Assembly (NCBI GenBank): GCA_965248285.1
Contig: CBDFJJ010000010.1
Span: 133,062 to 197,061, forward strand
DNA: 64,000 nt
Direction: 5' to 3'
Origin: Gemmatimonadales bacterium
Lineage (GTDB): Bacteria > Gemmatimonadota > Gemmatimonadetes > Gemmatimonadales > GWC2-71-9
Numbering within the stretch: position 1 is the first letter of the stretch; every line of letters starts with the position of its first letter. A program made the position numbers and the translations under genes. The notes below the pieces were generated by a model, which did no database searches, was not told the DNA's origin, and worked only from the letters and a program-made list of their open reading frames with translations. Below, in pieces: positions 47,496 through 57,550 of the stretch.

Positions 47496-48530
47496 ATGCC
47501 TGATCTTTTTTCCACGGACGTGCTGAACGGTATTGTCCGCAACCTGAAGATTCCCCAAACGGGCATCTTGGATCGGTATTTCCCGGACGTCCAGACAGAA
47601 GACTCCGAGGAAATCCACTTCGACCGCGAGACCGGAAAGCGACGGGTATCGCCGTTTGTCAGCCCGCTCGTCGAAGGCCAGATCGTCGAAGAAGAGGGCT
47701 TTCAGACCGATTCGTTCAAGCCGGCCTACATCAAGGACAAGCGTCCGTTCGATGCCAATCGCCCGTTCAAGCGCGTGATCGGCGAGCAGATCGGCGGCAC
47801 ACTGTCCCCGCAGGCGCGGATGGAACAGGTCGCCGCCACGACGCTACGCGATCAACTGACCATGCTCACGCGGCGCTTCGAGCTGATGGCGGTCAAGACG
47901 CTGGTGGACGGACAAATCACGATCGTCGGCGACAAGTATCCCACGAAGGTGGTCGACTTCAACCGCGACGCCACGTTGGATCCTGCGGATCTCACCGGCA
48001 CGGCACGCTGGAGCCAAGCCGGCTCCGCGCCGCTCGATGACCTCCAGACGTGGAGCGATCTCTGCGTGGTCAAGGAAGGGGTCGCGCCGGTCGATGTCAT
48101 CCTGGCCGTCGACGTGTGGAAGGAATTCCGGAACCACGCGGACGTGAAGGATCGGCTCGACACGCGGCGTGGGGTCGGTGGGGGCCCGCTCGATCTCGGA
48201 GCGCAGCTCGGCGAAGGCATGACGTTCCGCGGCACCATTGATGGCTTCAACCTCTTCACGTACGCCGGATGGTACGTCGATCCGGTCGACGACACGGAAA
48301 AGAAAATCTTTCCCGATGGTGGGGTGTTGATGGTGGGTCCGGTCGAAGGCGTTCGCGCCTTCGGGGCGATCCGAGACCATGACACCCTGATGGCCGTGCC
48401 GTGGTTCGTGAAGTCGTGGCTCGAGGAGGATCCGTCGGTCCGGTTCATCCTCTTGCAGAGCGCGCCCCTCATGGTGCCGTACCGCATCAATGCGACCCTG
48501 TCGGTTGATGTGCTGAACGGTGGCGCGTAA
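47496..48530 (+). CDS. major capsid protein, lambda gpE family
   Basis: MPDLFSTDVLNGIVRNLKIPQTGILDRYFP... is typical of the gpE N-terminus. 344 aa. Confidence 0.85.
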   Translation: MPDLFSTDVLNGIVRNLKIPQTGILDRYFPDVQTEDSEEIHFDRETGKRRVSPFVSPLVEGQIVEEEGFQTDSFKPAYIKDKRPFDANRPFKRVIGEQIGGTLSPQARMEQVAATTLRDQLTMLTRRFELMAVKTLVDGQITIVGDKYPTKVVDFNRDATLDPADLTGTARWSQAGSAPLDDLQTWSDLCVVKEGVAPVDVILAVDVWKEFRNHADVKDRLDTRRGVGGGPLDLGAQLGEGMTFRGTIDGFNLFTYAGWYVDPVDDTEKKIFPDGGVLMVGPVEGVRAFGAIRDHDTLMAVPWFVKSWLEEDPSVRFILLQSAPLMVPYRINATLSVDVLNGGA

Positions 48531-48539
48531 TCGCCGTCG

Positions 48540-48830
48540 ATGGTGTTTATGGATGAGGACCGGGATGCCTTGCTGGCTGACTTCGGCGTCGACGTGACCG
48601 TCGGCGCCGAGACGGTCAAGGGCATCTACGACATCGACGAGTTAATCGGTGAGGCACCAGAAGGGTTGCAGGTGGCAGGCACCGAAGAACTCGTTGTGGC
48701 CAAAGCCCCATTGCCCGCGTCGTTTGTCCGTGAGGCGCCGGTGACGATTCTCGGCGTCGGCACGCGCGTGATTCGAAAGCTGGCCCCGTGGCCCCCGGAT
48801 GGACGCTTCACCGGCATGGTGGTGGCCTGA
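48540..48830 (+). CDS. head-tail connector/adaptor-like protein
   Basis: 96 aa, immediately after the capsid gene. LADFGVDVTVGAETVKGIYD pattern. Confidence 0.4.
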   Translation: MVFMDEDRDALLADFGVDVTVGAETVKGIYDIDELIGEAPEGLQVAGTEELVVAKAPLPASFVREAPVTILGVGTRVIRKLAPWPPDGRFTGMVVA

Positions 48831-49376
48831 ATGCGTGCCGCCGTGATGACCATTCGCATGGTGAGCGATTGGCTCGCCGACGCGAACAACGGGGTGAATG
48901 CCGAGATCGCCAAGCTCGTAACCGAAGACTTGCTCGACGCCGGCGACGCCGTGCCGCCGAACGTGGAGGCGATCTTGACGGCCACGAAGGATGACATTGC
49001 CACACGTCGCGAGCTGCCGACGGATACCAAGACGCCCATCCTGATGGTCGTGCAAGGTGACGCGCTGAATGTACCGCAAGCACACACGCAAAACCGGATC
49101 GACGTCAGCGATCTTCCGGTCGGCGTGTTGTACGGCACCCGCGCCGTGATGACCGCAGCTGGCGAAGAGGACGCGTACTACACACTGGATGCGGCCATGC
49201 GATCGCTGAACAACCTGTGGGCTGGACCGAATGAGAGCGCACGGACACGCAAAGGCATCGAGATCAGCAAACTGAACGGCTATCAGGTTCTGCCCACAGA
49301 CAGCGAGACCGCGGACCGTGGTCTCCAACTCGCGCTGATCGCACGATTCCACGTGCGGGAGACGACACCAATATGA
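48831..49376 (+). CDS. hypothetical phage head-tail protein
   Basis: Position only. Confidence 0.35.
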   Translation: MRAAVMTIRMVSDWLADANNGVNAEIAKLVTEDLLDAGDAVPPNVEAILTATKDDIATRRELPTDTKTPILMVVQGDALNVPQAHTQNRIDVSDLPVGVLYGTRAVMTAAGEEDAYYTLDAAMRSLNNLWAGPNESARTRKGIEISKLNGYQVLPTDSETADRGLQLALIARFHVRETTPI

Positions 49377-49657
49377 GCAAGAAGACCTCCCCGCCGACCC
49401 CTCCAGCGAGAACCCAAGTGCCACCGCGCCGCCGAGGGGGCTTGTACGTCGACGGCGCGCGTGTCGAACCCGAGACCACCGGGAAAACGCATACCGAGAT
49501 CGAAGAGGAGCGGCAGAAGAAGCGTGCCAAGGCACGAGCGGCCCGACGTTCCGACCCGATGCCTGGCGAGGCCGAGGAGGCTTCGATGACAACCGATGTG
49601 GCGCAAACGGCAGACACCCAACCCGAGGTGAGCGATGCCCCATCCGATCCTGATTGA
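49373..49657 (+). CDS. low-complexity Pro/Arg/acidic phage protein
   Basis: ATGA-coupled ORF. Composition only. Confidence 0.3.
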   Translation: MSKKTSPPTPPARTQVPPRRRGGLYVDGARVEPETTGKTHTEIEEERQKKRAKARAARRSDPMPGEAEEASMTTDVAQTADTQPEVSDAPSDPD

Positions 49658-50582
49658 GGCCGTCGCCGCGAAGATCGAGTCGACCTATCGCACGGACCCC
49701 ACGCCCACGGCGGCGAACGACATCATCCGGCTGGCCGAGCCGTTTCTGCAATCGTTTGAGATCGAGCACCTCGCGCCCAACCGGCGTGAGAATGTGATCT
49801 CGGGTGGCCTCGCTCCAGTGGCACCGGGCGTCCCGCATGGCCGTGTCGCGCGTGGACGATTGGTCGCGGAGGTCCGGGGCGCGGGTGCGGCGTACAGTGC
49901 GTCTGTCCGACCAGAGGTGGATGTCTGTCTTCGGGCCGGCGGATACGCCGCGACCATCGATACGACACCCAGCGCAGAGAAAGCCACCTACGCCCGCGCG
50001 GACACCGGCCACGAATCGATGACGCTCTACATCTGGGGCGAGGGAAATCTGTTCAAGGTCGTTGGGACGCGGACGGCGATCGAATGGCTCGCCACAAACG
50101 GCGAGCACAGCCTGTTCGCGTTCGATTGGATGGGGTTCCTGGATGCCGATCCCGCCACGGCCGCGAAGCCGACCGAAACGTTTGTGACGGCGGTCCAACA
50201 AGCGGCCGTCGGGATGGCGTTCGCCGTGGGCGCTTGGAGCCCCGATCACGCCACCGCCACGTGGCGCTCTGGGGCGGAGTTGATGGCGATTCCGAGCGGC
50301 AACCACTCCACGGGGTGGTCCGAAATCGCGATCGCGAAGTTCAATCCCGAACTCGAGTTCTCCGCGCAGAGCGTACCGCTGGCGACCTACGATCCTTACG
50401 GCGATTTCAAAGCCGCTACCGCACGGCAGATCGACTGGACGGTGGGTGGGTCGCAATACAGCCGCGCCGATTTGGCCGCTGCGGCTGCGTATCTGCGCGA
50501 GAACCCCGGACACGGCGATATCGACGGGTTTACCGCCTGGCCGGTGACGTACCTGGCCGATGGATCGATCGTGTTCGACTGA
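49635..50582 (+). CDS. putative major tail protein
   Basis: 315 aa, in the last slot before where the chaperone/TMP genes are expected. Confidence 0.35.
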   Translation: MPHPILIEAVAAKIESTYRTDPTPTAANDIIRLAEPFLQSFEIEHLAPNRRENVISGGLAPVAPGVPHGRVARGRLVAEVRGAGAAYSASVRPEVDVCLRAGGYAATIDTTPSAEKATYARADTGHESMTLYIWGEGNLFKVVGTRTAIEWLATNGEHSLFAFDWMGFLDADPATAAKPTETFVTAVQQAAVGMAFAVGAWSPDHATATWRSGAELMAIPSGNHSTGWSEIAIAKFNPELEFSAQSVPLATYDPYGDFKAATARQIDWTVGGSQYSRADLAAAAAYLRENPGHGDIDGFTAWPVTYLADGSIVFD

Positions 50583-50737
50583 GCCCACGTAGTGCCTCGG
50601 TCCGTCGTCGCCCTCCGGGCGGCGGCGAGACCGAGTGCCCGACAAGCCCTACCAGCTCTCCCCCGTGAGCGGGAGAGTCGCCCAACGTCTCCGAACCGCA
50701 ACCTGTGGGAGGTGGGTGGCGTGCCCGATACCGCCTG

Positions 50738-50822
50738 TTATGACTCGTATGATGCTGTCCAAGACATCCGCAGTCTTGAGGCGCGTGACGGCGTGTCGCG
50801 TATTCCGGCGAGCTTCGGCTGA
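50738..50822 (+). pseudogene. 3' remnant of a tape measure gene
   Basis: ...DAVQDIRSLEARDGVSRIPASFG* parallels the TMP end ...RVVQEIQALEARDGIARTTVRP*. Both have the same TGATG junction to the next gene. Confidence 0.6.
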
Positions 50823-51673
50823 TGGGTCAGGGGCTCTTTCTTGCCGACAACGTCTTCAATGGGGGTTTTCCTGGCTCCCAATACCCTGACCACGTCATCA
50901 CCGCCGAAGAAGAGGCGACCGACCACGAAGTCTGGCGGGTCGCCGATGGCCGACGGTCGCCCACGGATTACTGGACGTCGACGACGGCCAACTCGGACAC
51001 GTGGATAGAGGTGAAGTGTGATCGTGCGCGCGGTGCCAACATGGTCGTGATCGACGCCGGGCACAACCTCGCCGGCGAAACGGTGAAGATCGAAGGCTCC
51101 GATGACAACTTCACCACGATCGACACGATCCACAACGACGTGATGCCGTCCGTAAGCTCGCCCGGCAACATCGATAACACCCTCGGCATCGTGACCGAGG
51201 AAGGCGCGTGGCTCCGACGCTTCCCGCTTCGTGCCCATCTCTACTATCGCGCCTTCATTCCCGCGATGGGCGCGAACCTCACACCCGAGATTGTCGGGCT
51301 CTGGCTGGGCCTCGCGTGGGAAACGGAAGTCGCGTGGCCGCCGGTCGCGGAAAACCAAATGGAGCTCGCGGGCCAAGAATCCCTCAGTCCCGATCTCTGG
51401 CGTGGACGCAGCGGGCTCGCGATCGGGCGTACCGATGTGATGACGTTGAAACTCCCGAGTTTCTTTGCCTACGATCAGGCCCGCTTCCATATCGAGGGGT
51501 TGTTCGCGGCCAACCATCCGACCTGGATCCTCTACAACACCGATCAGGCGGACCGTGCGGTCCTGGCCGGCCCACGTCTCGGCCGCATCGGGTTCCGTTT
51601 TGGCTCCCCGACGGATTGGGGCTACCAGCAAATTGGGCTGGATTGGGTTGAACACGAGCCGTTGAGGATCTAA
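50822..51673 (+). CDS. phage tail protein with a discoidin/galactose-binding-like segment
   Basis: WTSTTANSDTWIEVKCDRARGANMVVIDAGHNLAGETVKIEGSDD. Confidence 0.4.
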   Translation: MGQGLFLADNVFNGGFPGSQYPDHVITAEEEATDHEVWRVADGRRSPTDYWTSTTANSDTWIEVKCDRARGANMVVIDAGHNLAGETVKIEGSDDNFTTIDTIHNDVMPSVSSPGNIDNTLGIVTEEGAWLRRFPLRAHLYYRAFIPAMGANLTPEIVGLWLGLAWETEVAWPPVAENQMELAGQESLSPDLWRGRSGLAIGRTDVMTLKLPSFFAYDQARFHIEGLFAANHPTWILYNTDQADRAVLAGPRLGRIGFRFGSPTDWGYQQIGLDWVEHEPLRI

Positions 51674-53001
51674 TGGCGATTCATCCTTCGCAGATCCTGT
51701 TCTACGCCGGCGGCCGCTCGCTCGAGTTGTTTGGGCCTCCGTCACGGCGCACCGCGCCGATCGCGCGGCGCGGCGAAGACATTATCGAAACGTTCAGCCG
51801 AGCGTCCACCGGCAGTTACGTCGACGCCAAGGGCGAGGTGAAGCTGGCGGAATCCGCCGTGCAGCGTATCGAGATGGCCGATATTGTTACCGCCGGCGTC
51901 TTTGATACCCCGACGTTCTTGCTGGAAAAACGCCGAACCAACGGGGTCATACGCGCGGCGGAGTTCGATAACGCCTCCTGGACGAAGACGCGCGCGAGCG
52001 TGAGCGCGAACGCCGACACGGCTCCAGACGGCGCGACGGTCGCCGATCGACTGATCGAGGATAGCACGGCGTCGGCCACCCACTTCACGCGCCAAGACAT
52101 CACGATCACGGCGGACGGCAACGTCGTCTGGTCCGTCTTCGCCAAAGCGGGGACGCGGAGTATGATCGCCCTGCGGATCGAGGACACGACAGCGGCGGAT
52201 ACCGTCACGACGTGGTTCAATCTCAGTACGGGCGCGAAGGGCACGGAGGGCACGGTGACCGGGACGGGCGCACACGCGCGGTCGTTCATCGAGGCGCTGG
52301 GGAATGGGTGGTATCGGTGCGTGATCGTGGGCAACATCGGCGGGGGTGTGACGACGGGCCGCCTCCGTCTTTTTCTGGCAACCGTGGACGCTCAGACGGG
52401 CTATAGCGGCGACGGGTCCTCTTACGTGATCCTCTGGGGCGCGCAAGGCGAGGTCAACGTCCCGTTTCACTCTTCCTACAACGCCACGGTGGGGAGTACG
52501 GTCGCAGGATCCCACGAGCAGATGCACTACACGTTCACCGCGCGACCCCAAGCGATGACGGCCTACCTGCGCTTTGTCGAGCGGGGAAACATTATCGCCT
52601 CGACGACGGCGCGACTGCTACACATTGGGAGCGGTACGCAGGGCGCTACTCCCCGCTTCGAGATACAGGAATCGGGCGGGTTCTATCGCGTGCGCCACGA
52701 TAACGGCACCATTGTCAACGTCAAGAATTTGGCCGCCGCGCCTGCGTTCGGGGACACCGTCGAATTGGTGGGACAGTTAAACGCCAACGGTAGCATCAAG
52801 ATTATTCAGTCTATTAACGGTGCTGCCGCCACGGAGCAGGAGCAGACCACCGCTGCCACACTCGCGGCGGCGTGGGCCGGCACGGAGATTTGGATTAACA
52901 GTGTTGCCACGAGTAGCCCCGGCTTCGCGAAGTATCTGGACGTCGCGGTCTTCGCGGGCGTCCACAGCCTAGCCGATTGTCGGAAGGCCACCCAACAATG
53001 A
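51673..53001 (+). CDS. phage tail/baseplate protein
   Basis: 442 aa. The C-terminal half is paralogous to 12993-13802. Confidence 0.5.
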   Translation: MAIHPSQILFYAGGRSLELFGPPSRRTAPIARRGEDIIETFSRASTGSYVDAKGEVKLAESAVQRIEMADIVTAGVFDTPTFLLEKRRTNGVIRAAEFDNASWTKTRASVSANADTAPDGATVADRLIEDSTASATHFTRQDITITADGNVVWSVFAKAGTRSMIALRIEDTTAADTVTTWFNLSTGAKGTEGTVTGTGAHARSFIEALGNGWYRCVIVGNIGGGVTTGRLRLFLATVDAQTGYSGDGSSYVILWGAQGEVNVPFHSSYNATVGSTVAGSHEQMHYTFTARPQAMTAYLRFVERGNIIASTTARLLHIGSGTQGATPRFEIQESGGFYRVRHDNGTIVNVKNLAAAPAFGDTVELVGQLNANGSIKIIQSINGAAATEQEQTTAATLAAAWAGTEIWINSVATSSPGFAKYLDVAVFAGVHSLADCRKATQQ

Positions 53002-53366
53002 CCCGTTCGTTTTGGAAGATTCCGCGCGCCGCCTGGCTGACCACCGACGAAGAGGGCACGATCGTCAACGCCTTCGAGAACGTCGTCGTCTACCACGAGA
53101 CGCCGCAATTTCTCCACGTCATCGCGGCGGAAGCCGACCGCCCCGACATCGCGGCGATCGGCACGCGACTCGGTCAGACCGTGCGAGAACTCAACCCGAG
53201 CGAGCGTGCGAATTTTCTTCGTGTCGAGGTCGAGCGCGACAGTCCCGACGGGAAGATCCGAGCGCAGGTCAAGGTCGCCGACAAGCGACCGACGGACGTC
53301 GAGAAGGCCGTCGATATTCCTGCGGTGATCTGGTTCGGGGACGATCCGGCGGACTACGCCCCATGA
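52998..53366 (+). CDS. small phage tail-associated protein
   Basis: ATGA-coupled on both sides. The C-terminal ~85 aa are identical to 12640-12996. Confidence 0.55.
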   Translation: MTRSFWKIPRAAWLTTDEEGTIVNAFENVVVYHETPQFLHVIAAEADRPDIAAIGTRLGQTVRELNPSERANFLRVEVERDSPDGKIRAQVKVADKRPTDVEKAVDIPAVIWFGDDPADYAP

Positions 53367-56131
53367 GAGCGATTCATCCCGAGCTCGTCCGCATGTTGCG
53401 CAAGGCCCCGATTACCGGACGTGCGCGTGTGATCCCGGAAGCGATCGTGCCCGTTAATGAAGACGTGCGAGCCTTCGACACCGACTGGAACAACGCCGAT
53501 TCGCCGACCGGCCTCCAGGTCGCGCCGAACGGCGACCTGCGGCTCACGGGGTCGTTCTCGACTACGGTCGAGCACACCAATAGCGATACGTACATGACCG
53601 ATCTCGACCGGGCCTCGCCCTGGTCGGTTGCCAAGGTCACGTGGGCAGGCACGCTGGACCGCGACTTCGAGATCCAGCAAGTCAAAGCGTACCTGCACCC
53701 GAAACGGACCGCGGCGGCGAAAGAAGTCGTCTGGTGGAAGATGATACTCTACCGCGTGCATCGGGTGTGGCCGGCAAGCGTGTTCATCGCGCAAACGTTG
53801 GAGATCCAGGCGATCGGCTCGGCCAAACGCGTCGCGGCCACGGGGACCGCGGAAGCGGAATACATCTTCGACTTCAGCGGTAGCGATAACGGGGCCAAGC
53901 CGAAGCTCGAGCGGCCCATCATCATGCCGGGGGCGATGGCGATCCGTCCCACGACCTACATCCGCATCCTGGCGTTGAAGGCCGATGGATCCGCCGCGGG
54001 TAACGTGGGATTCAGCGCCGATACGGCGACACCGAGTGTCACTACGTCAGGCGTGACGCTTGAGCAAACCACGTTGACCGAGAACGCGGTTGGGGACGGA
54101 CGCGGGCGCTGGTCGGAGCCCGATGTCCCTGTCGACGAGTGTCCCCGCCTGGCGATCATAGCGGAAAGCTATTCGGATGCGACGGTCACGTTTTCCGTCG
54201 CCGGCGGGGGCACGATTATCAATCTCGGGGCCGCGCCGACGAAGGATCTCGAGTGTGTCCTGGTGGGACGGACCCCCAGTGACACCGCGATCGTGGGCGA
54301 GATTCGCAAAGCGGCGCCCGACGCCTGGACGGAGTTTTTGGACGGTGATCTCATCGGTGTCGATAATTCGCTACCTGGTGGCACCGGTGGCAAGGACCTG
54401 TCTGGTCTTACACCGACACAGCAAACGTACGAGATTCGCGCCCAACTGAAAACCAACACCGCGCTGAACACGACTCCGCGGTTAAAACAGTTGGGGGTGC
54501 GCGAGCTCACCCGGATCTCCTTCGACCGCCTCGCCACCGTCGACGTCGAGTGGAATGTGCATCCGTACGAGATGCGGAGCGAGATCAGCCGCGCGGTGAT
54601 CACGAGCATGCGCGACGGCCGCGAGGATTTCAACGACCAGATTACCGAGTTACTGGTCGACTACGACGTGGCCGAGATTGCCTGGCGGATCATGATCGGG
54701 CACCCGGATCTCGATCGCCACAAGTGGCTGCACATCGACACGTTTCCGATCGCCTACGATTACGATCCGCGCGCGACGGAGATCGAATGCCAGTGGGATT
54801 CGGCCCTCACTTTGCTGCGGGCGGCCCTGCCGGTGGCCTCTGGTTCGCCGCTGACGCGCGACATCCTGAACTACAACGCCACCGTGGGGATCGAGACGCT
54901 CAAGGAGGTGAGCGATGACCTCCTCGACGGGCAGATCGGGCTCGCGGGCAAGTACCGCGGGCAAGGCATCACCGACGACACGACCACGATCGCGAAGCGG
55001 ATCGGGGAGCGGGATCCCGACATGGTCGTCACGGCTTTGTCCGATGCGAAGACCGAGGCTGACGCGGTTGCGTTTATTGCCGGCGGCGCATGGGGGACGG
55101 ACGCAGGACGGGTGCGGTTCTTCGATCTGTTTGCTGACGACTTCGTCGTCATGCTCTTTCATGAGCGGGAGATCACCGTCGAGTCCGTGAGTCCCGGCCT
55201 CGCGCTGCGCACGCCCGAAGTGTTTCTCGCGTACGATTACGACGTGCAGAGTCGCCAGTACACCTTGGAGCATCGCGGGTTTCATGGGGTGGCATTGACC
55301 GCCCTCGGGATCTCGAACTTGGGACCGCCGAAACGGCTCTCGGATACGGTCGGCAAATGGATCGACGACACCACGCTGGCCGAAACCGTCGTCGAACGCC
55401 ACTTCAACGCGTTTGGCATGGGCGTCCGGTTGTGGCGCTTTCGGTGCATCTACCCCTACCCCGAACTGCAATTCGGCGATCGGGTGATTGTGCCCACGAA
55501 ACAATTCGTGATGCGGGATCCGATCGGCAGCCGTGAATTGCGCGGTCAGCTCTGGGTGATTGGGACGATCGTCGGTGTCCACGATGCGTTGGGAACCGCG
55601 TTTACGCTCTGGGTGCGCAGTCTCTCGGACATCCTCGCGAGTAGCGAGGCGGTGACGATCGAGCTCCGGAAACGCCTCGTCGCCCGGTGCTACCATAGCG
55701 TGGCCACGGTCTCGTATAGCGCGGGCGGAACGGGTAGCGGTTCGCTGGCGTGGGATAACGAAGTCTTCGACCCCGAAGGGATGCACGACAACTCGACCAA
55801 CAACGAACGGTTCACCGTCCCGACGACGGGCACCTATCGCATTCAAGGCGCCATCAAGTATTCGAATTACGCCGTGACCGGCAGCGGGTACGTGCTTCTC
55901 GAGATCAAGAAAAACGGCGCCACCACCCTGCACTACATCCTCAACGCCGGCAATACCTTTCCACCCGCTGCGTCAGGTTCCCTGCCCTACACCGCGTTGG
56001 TTGATCTCACGGCCGGGGACTACATCACGCTCGATATCCGCTGCGCCGTGATCGTCTCCGGGTCTGCCCAGATGGACATCGAGGGCGGCGCGGCGACGGA
56101 TTCGACCTATGAGATCGCCTGGGAAGGCTAG
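53363..56131 (+). CDS. phage tail host-specificity protein, prophage R copy
   Basis: 922 aa from the ATG at 53363. The track ORF from 53012 is an over-extension. Confidence 0.75.
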   Translation: MRAIHPELVRMLRKAPITGRARVIPEAIVPVNEDVRAFDTDWNNADSPTGLQVAPNGDLRLTGSFSTTVEHTNSDTYMTDLDRASPWSVAKVTWAGTLDRDFEIQQVKAYLHPKRTAAAKEVVWWKMILYRVHRVWPASVFIAQTLEIQAIGSAKRVAATGTAEAEYIFDFSGSDNGAKPKLERPIIMPGAMAIRPTTYIRILALKADGSAAGNVGFSADTATPSVTTSGVTLEQTTLTENAVGDGRGRWSEPDVPVDECPRLAIIAESYSDATVTFSVAGGGTIINLGAAPTKDLECVLVGRTPSDTAIVGEIRKAAPDAWTEFLDGDLIGVDNSLPGGTGGKDLSGLTPTQQTYEIRAQLKTNTALNTTPRLKQLGVRELTRISFDRLATVDVEWNVHPYEMRSEISRAVITSMRDGREDFNDQITELLVDYDVAEIAWRIMIGHPDLDRHKWLHIDTFPIAYDYDPRATEIECQWDSALTLLRAALPVASGSPLTRDILNYNATVGIETLKEVSDDLLDGQIGLAGKYRGQGITDDTTTIAKRIGERDPDMVVTALSDAKTEADAVAFIAGGAWGTDAGRVRFFDLFADDFVVMLFHEREITVESVSPGLALRTPEVFLAYDYDVQSRQYTLEHRGFHGVALTALGISNLGPPKRLSDTVGKWIDDTTLAETVVERHFNAFGMGVRLWRFRCIYPYPELQFGDRVIVPTKQFVMRDPIGSRELRGQLWVIGTIVGVHDALGTAFTLWVRSLSDILASSEAVTIELRKRLVARCYHSVATVSYSAGGTGSGSLAWDNEVFDPEGMHDNSTNNERFTVPTTGTYRIQGAIKYSNYAVTGSGYVLLEIKKNGATTLHYILNAGNTFPPAASGSLPYTALVDLTAGDYITLDIRCAVIVSGSAQMDIEGGAATDSTYEIAWEG

Positions 56132-56359
56132 ATGATGATGACACTCCCTCGCTTAAATCACGGTGTCCACATTCCCGGCTGGGCCATCACCGCGATTGTC
56201 TTAGTGGTGGCCGTGCTGACGGCGGGGTTCAGCGTCGGCCGCACCTGGAACGACACGCAGCGTTCGGTCGCCGAGATGAACACGCGCATGTGTCGGATCG
56301 AGCGGGCGTTGGATATCCCACCGTGGCCGAGCTGTCCCGCAGTAAGGAGTGAACGATGA
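56132..56359 (+). CDS. holin-like single-TM protein
   Basis: Homolog of 9657-9884. Confidence 0.5.
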   Translation: MMMTLPRLNHGVHIPGWAITAIVLVVAVLTAGFSVGRTWNDTQRSVAEMNTRMCRIERALDIPPWPSCPAVRSER

Positions 56360-56619
56360 CCAACATGATGATCCCGTCGGTGAACACGTGTCCGAAGTGC
56401 GGTGAGCCGATTCCCCAAGTGGTGGACCGGCGCCTCGTCGGCGACAAGATCCCCCGGATGATCACCGGGAGCCTCGTGGCGTTGGCAGGCGTGGCCGGGT
56501 TGTTGCTCGAGCGGATCGGCGGGCCGGTGGCCGTGCCGTTGATTGCCTTTGGGCTCGGCACGGCGTACACGCACAGCTTTACCGCCGTGTTGCGCGGCTG
56601 GAAGAACGGAAAGAAGTGA
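56356..56619 (+). CDS. zinc-ribbon two-TM lysis-cassette protein
   Basis: Identical protein to 9397-9660. Confidence 0.55.
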   Translation: MTNMMIPSVNTCPKCGEPIPQVVDRRLVGDKIPRMITGSLVALAGVAGLLLERIGGPVAVPLIAFGLGTAYTHSFTAVLRGWKNGKK

Positions 56620-57038
56620 AGAACCTCCGCTCGATCGCGCTCTACCTCTGGGAGCGGGAGCTCGGCACGCCGTACCGCTGGGGCGGCGACGACCCGATCG
56701 CGGGTTTCGACTGCTCGGGGTTGGTGATCGAGCACCTTAAGGCGGTCGGGATCCTGCCGGCGCAAGGCGATTGGACGGCCGAGGGGCTCGCCAAGCGGTT
56801 CGAGGGCCGCGAGGTGACCAAGCTCAAACCGGGCTGCCTACTCTTCTGGTTCCGCGGCTCGAAGATCGGGCACGTCGAAATCGTATGGCACGTGATCGGG
56901 GAACGCGTCCTGACGATCGGGGCGGCTGGTGGTGGGTCGCGCACCCAGACTGCAGCCGACGCCGAGGAGCAAAACGCCTATATCAAGGTCCGGCCAGCGC
57001 GGCCGGAGTGGGTCAAGGCCGTCGATCCCTTTTTCTAG
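56616..57038 (+). CDS. NlpC/P60-family endolysin, prophage R
   Basis: PYRWGGDDPIAGFDCSGLV and GHVEIV motifs. Confidence 0.85.
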   Translation: MKNLRSIALYLWERELGTPYRWGGDDPIAGFDCSGLVIEHLKAVGILPAQGDWTAEGLAKRFEGREVTKLKPGCLLFWFRGSKIGHVEIVWHVIGERVLTIGAAGGGSRTQTAADAEEQNAYIKVRPARPEWVKAVDPFF

Positions 57039-57273
57039 CCAGTCTTCCGGCCAGGGATAGAAGGGGCTCGCGTCGGTGCGGTGCGGTGGTGGTGTGAGCC
57101 AGTCGCTGTAGATCCACTGAGTGATGCCCACAAAAAGGTATGGGTCAGTTTGAAATCTGACCCTGTTGCCCTCCCGCCCGTAGGTCCCCTAGCTTTCAGC
57201 TATGCCGAAGAAGAAACCCGAACCGGGCAAGCTCCGCGAGGATGTTGTGCCTCTCTCGCTACCCGCTCTGGTG
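57030..57273. repeat. 244-bp inverted repeat, left arm (partner 60807-61050)
   Basis: I reverse-complemented the right arm and compared it base by base: identical over 244 nt. Confidence 0.9.
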
Positions 57274-57535
57274 CCGGGGCGTTCTGCCTGAGTAGATAGA
57301 GCCGGTACGCAGTATCAAGATTCATCCAGAACTGAGCGCTAGTGCCCAACGCGGCACTGAAAAGCACTGCTGCGTCTGGCGACAGGGTGCGCTTGCCGGA
57401 GATGATACTACTTACAAAGCTCTGGTGGCGGCCAATGATTCTCGCAAACTGCTTTTGTGTCCAACCCCGCTCTTCCAACTCGTCCCGTAAGAACTCACCA
57501 GGGGGGAACGCTTCAGCCGGTGCAAATTCCGTCAT
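57200..57535 (-). CDS. HigA-type HTH antitoxin; last ~24 codons read into the repeat arm
   Basis: GEFLRDELEERGWTQKQFARIIGRHQSFVSSIISGKRTLSPDAAVLFSAALGTSAQFWMNLDTAY. Confidence 0.7.
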   Translation of the reverse strand: MTEFAPAEAFPPGEFLRDELEERGWTQKQFARIIGRHQSFVSSIISGKRTLSPDAAVLFSAALGTSAQFWMNLDTAYRLYLLRQNAPAPERVAREAQHPRGACPVRVSSSA

Positions 57536-57550
57536 GCTGCTCTCCCTCCG

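Noticed and set aside
53012-53362. N-terminal 117-codon extension of the host-specificity ORF
   Set aside because: It overlaps gene 52998-53366 in another frame. The L copy starts at the equivalent of 53363 with ATGA coupling.
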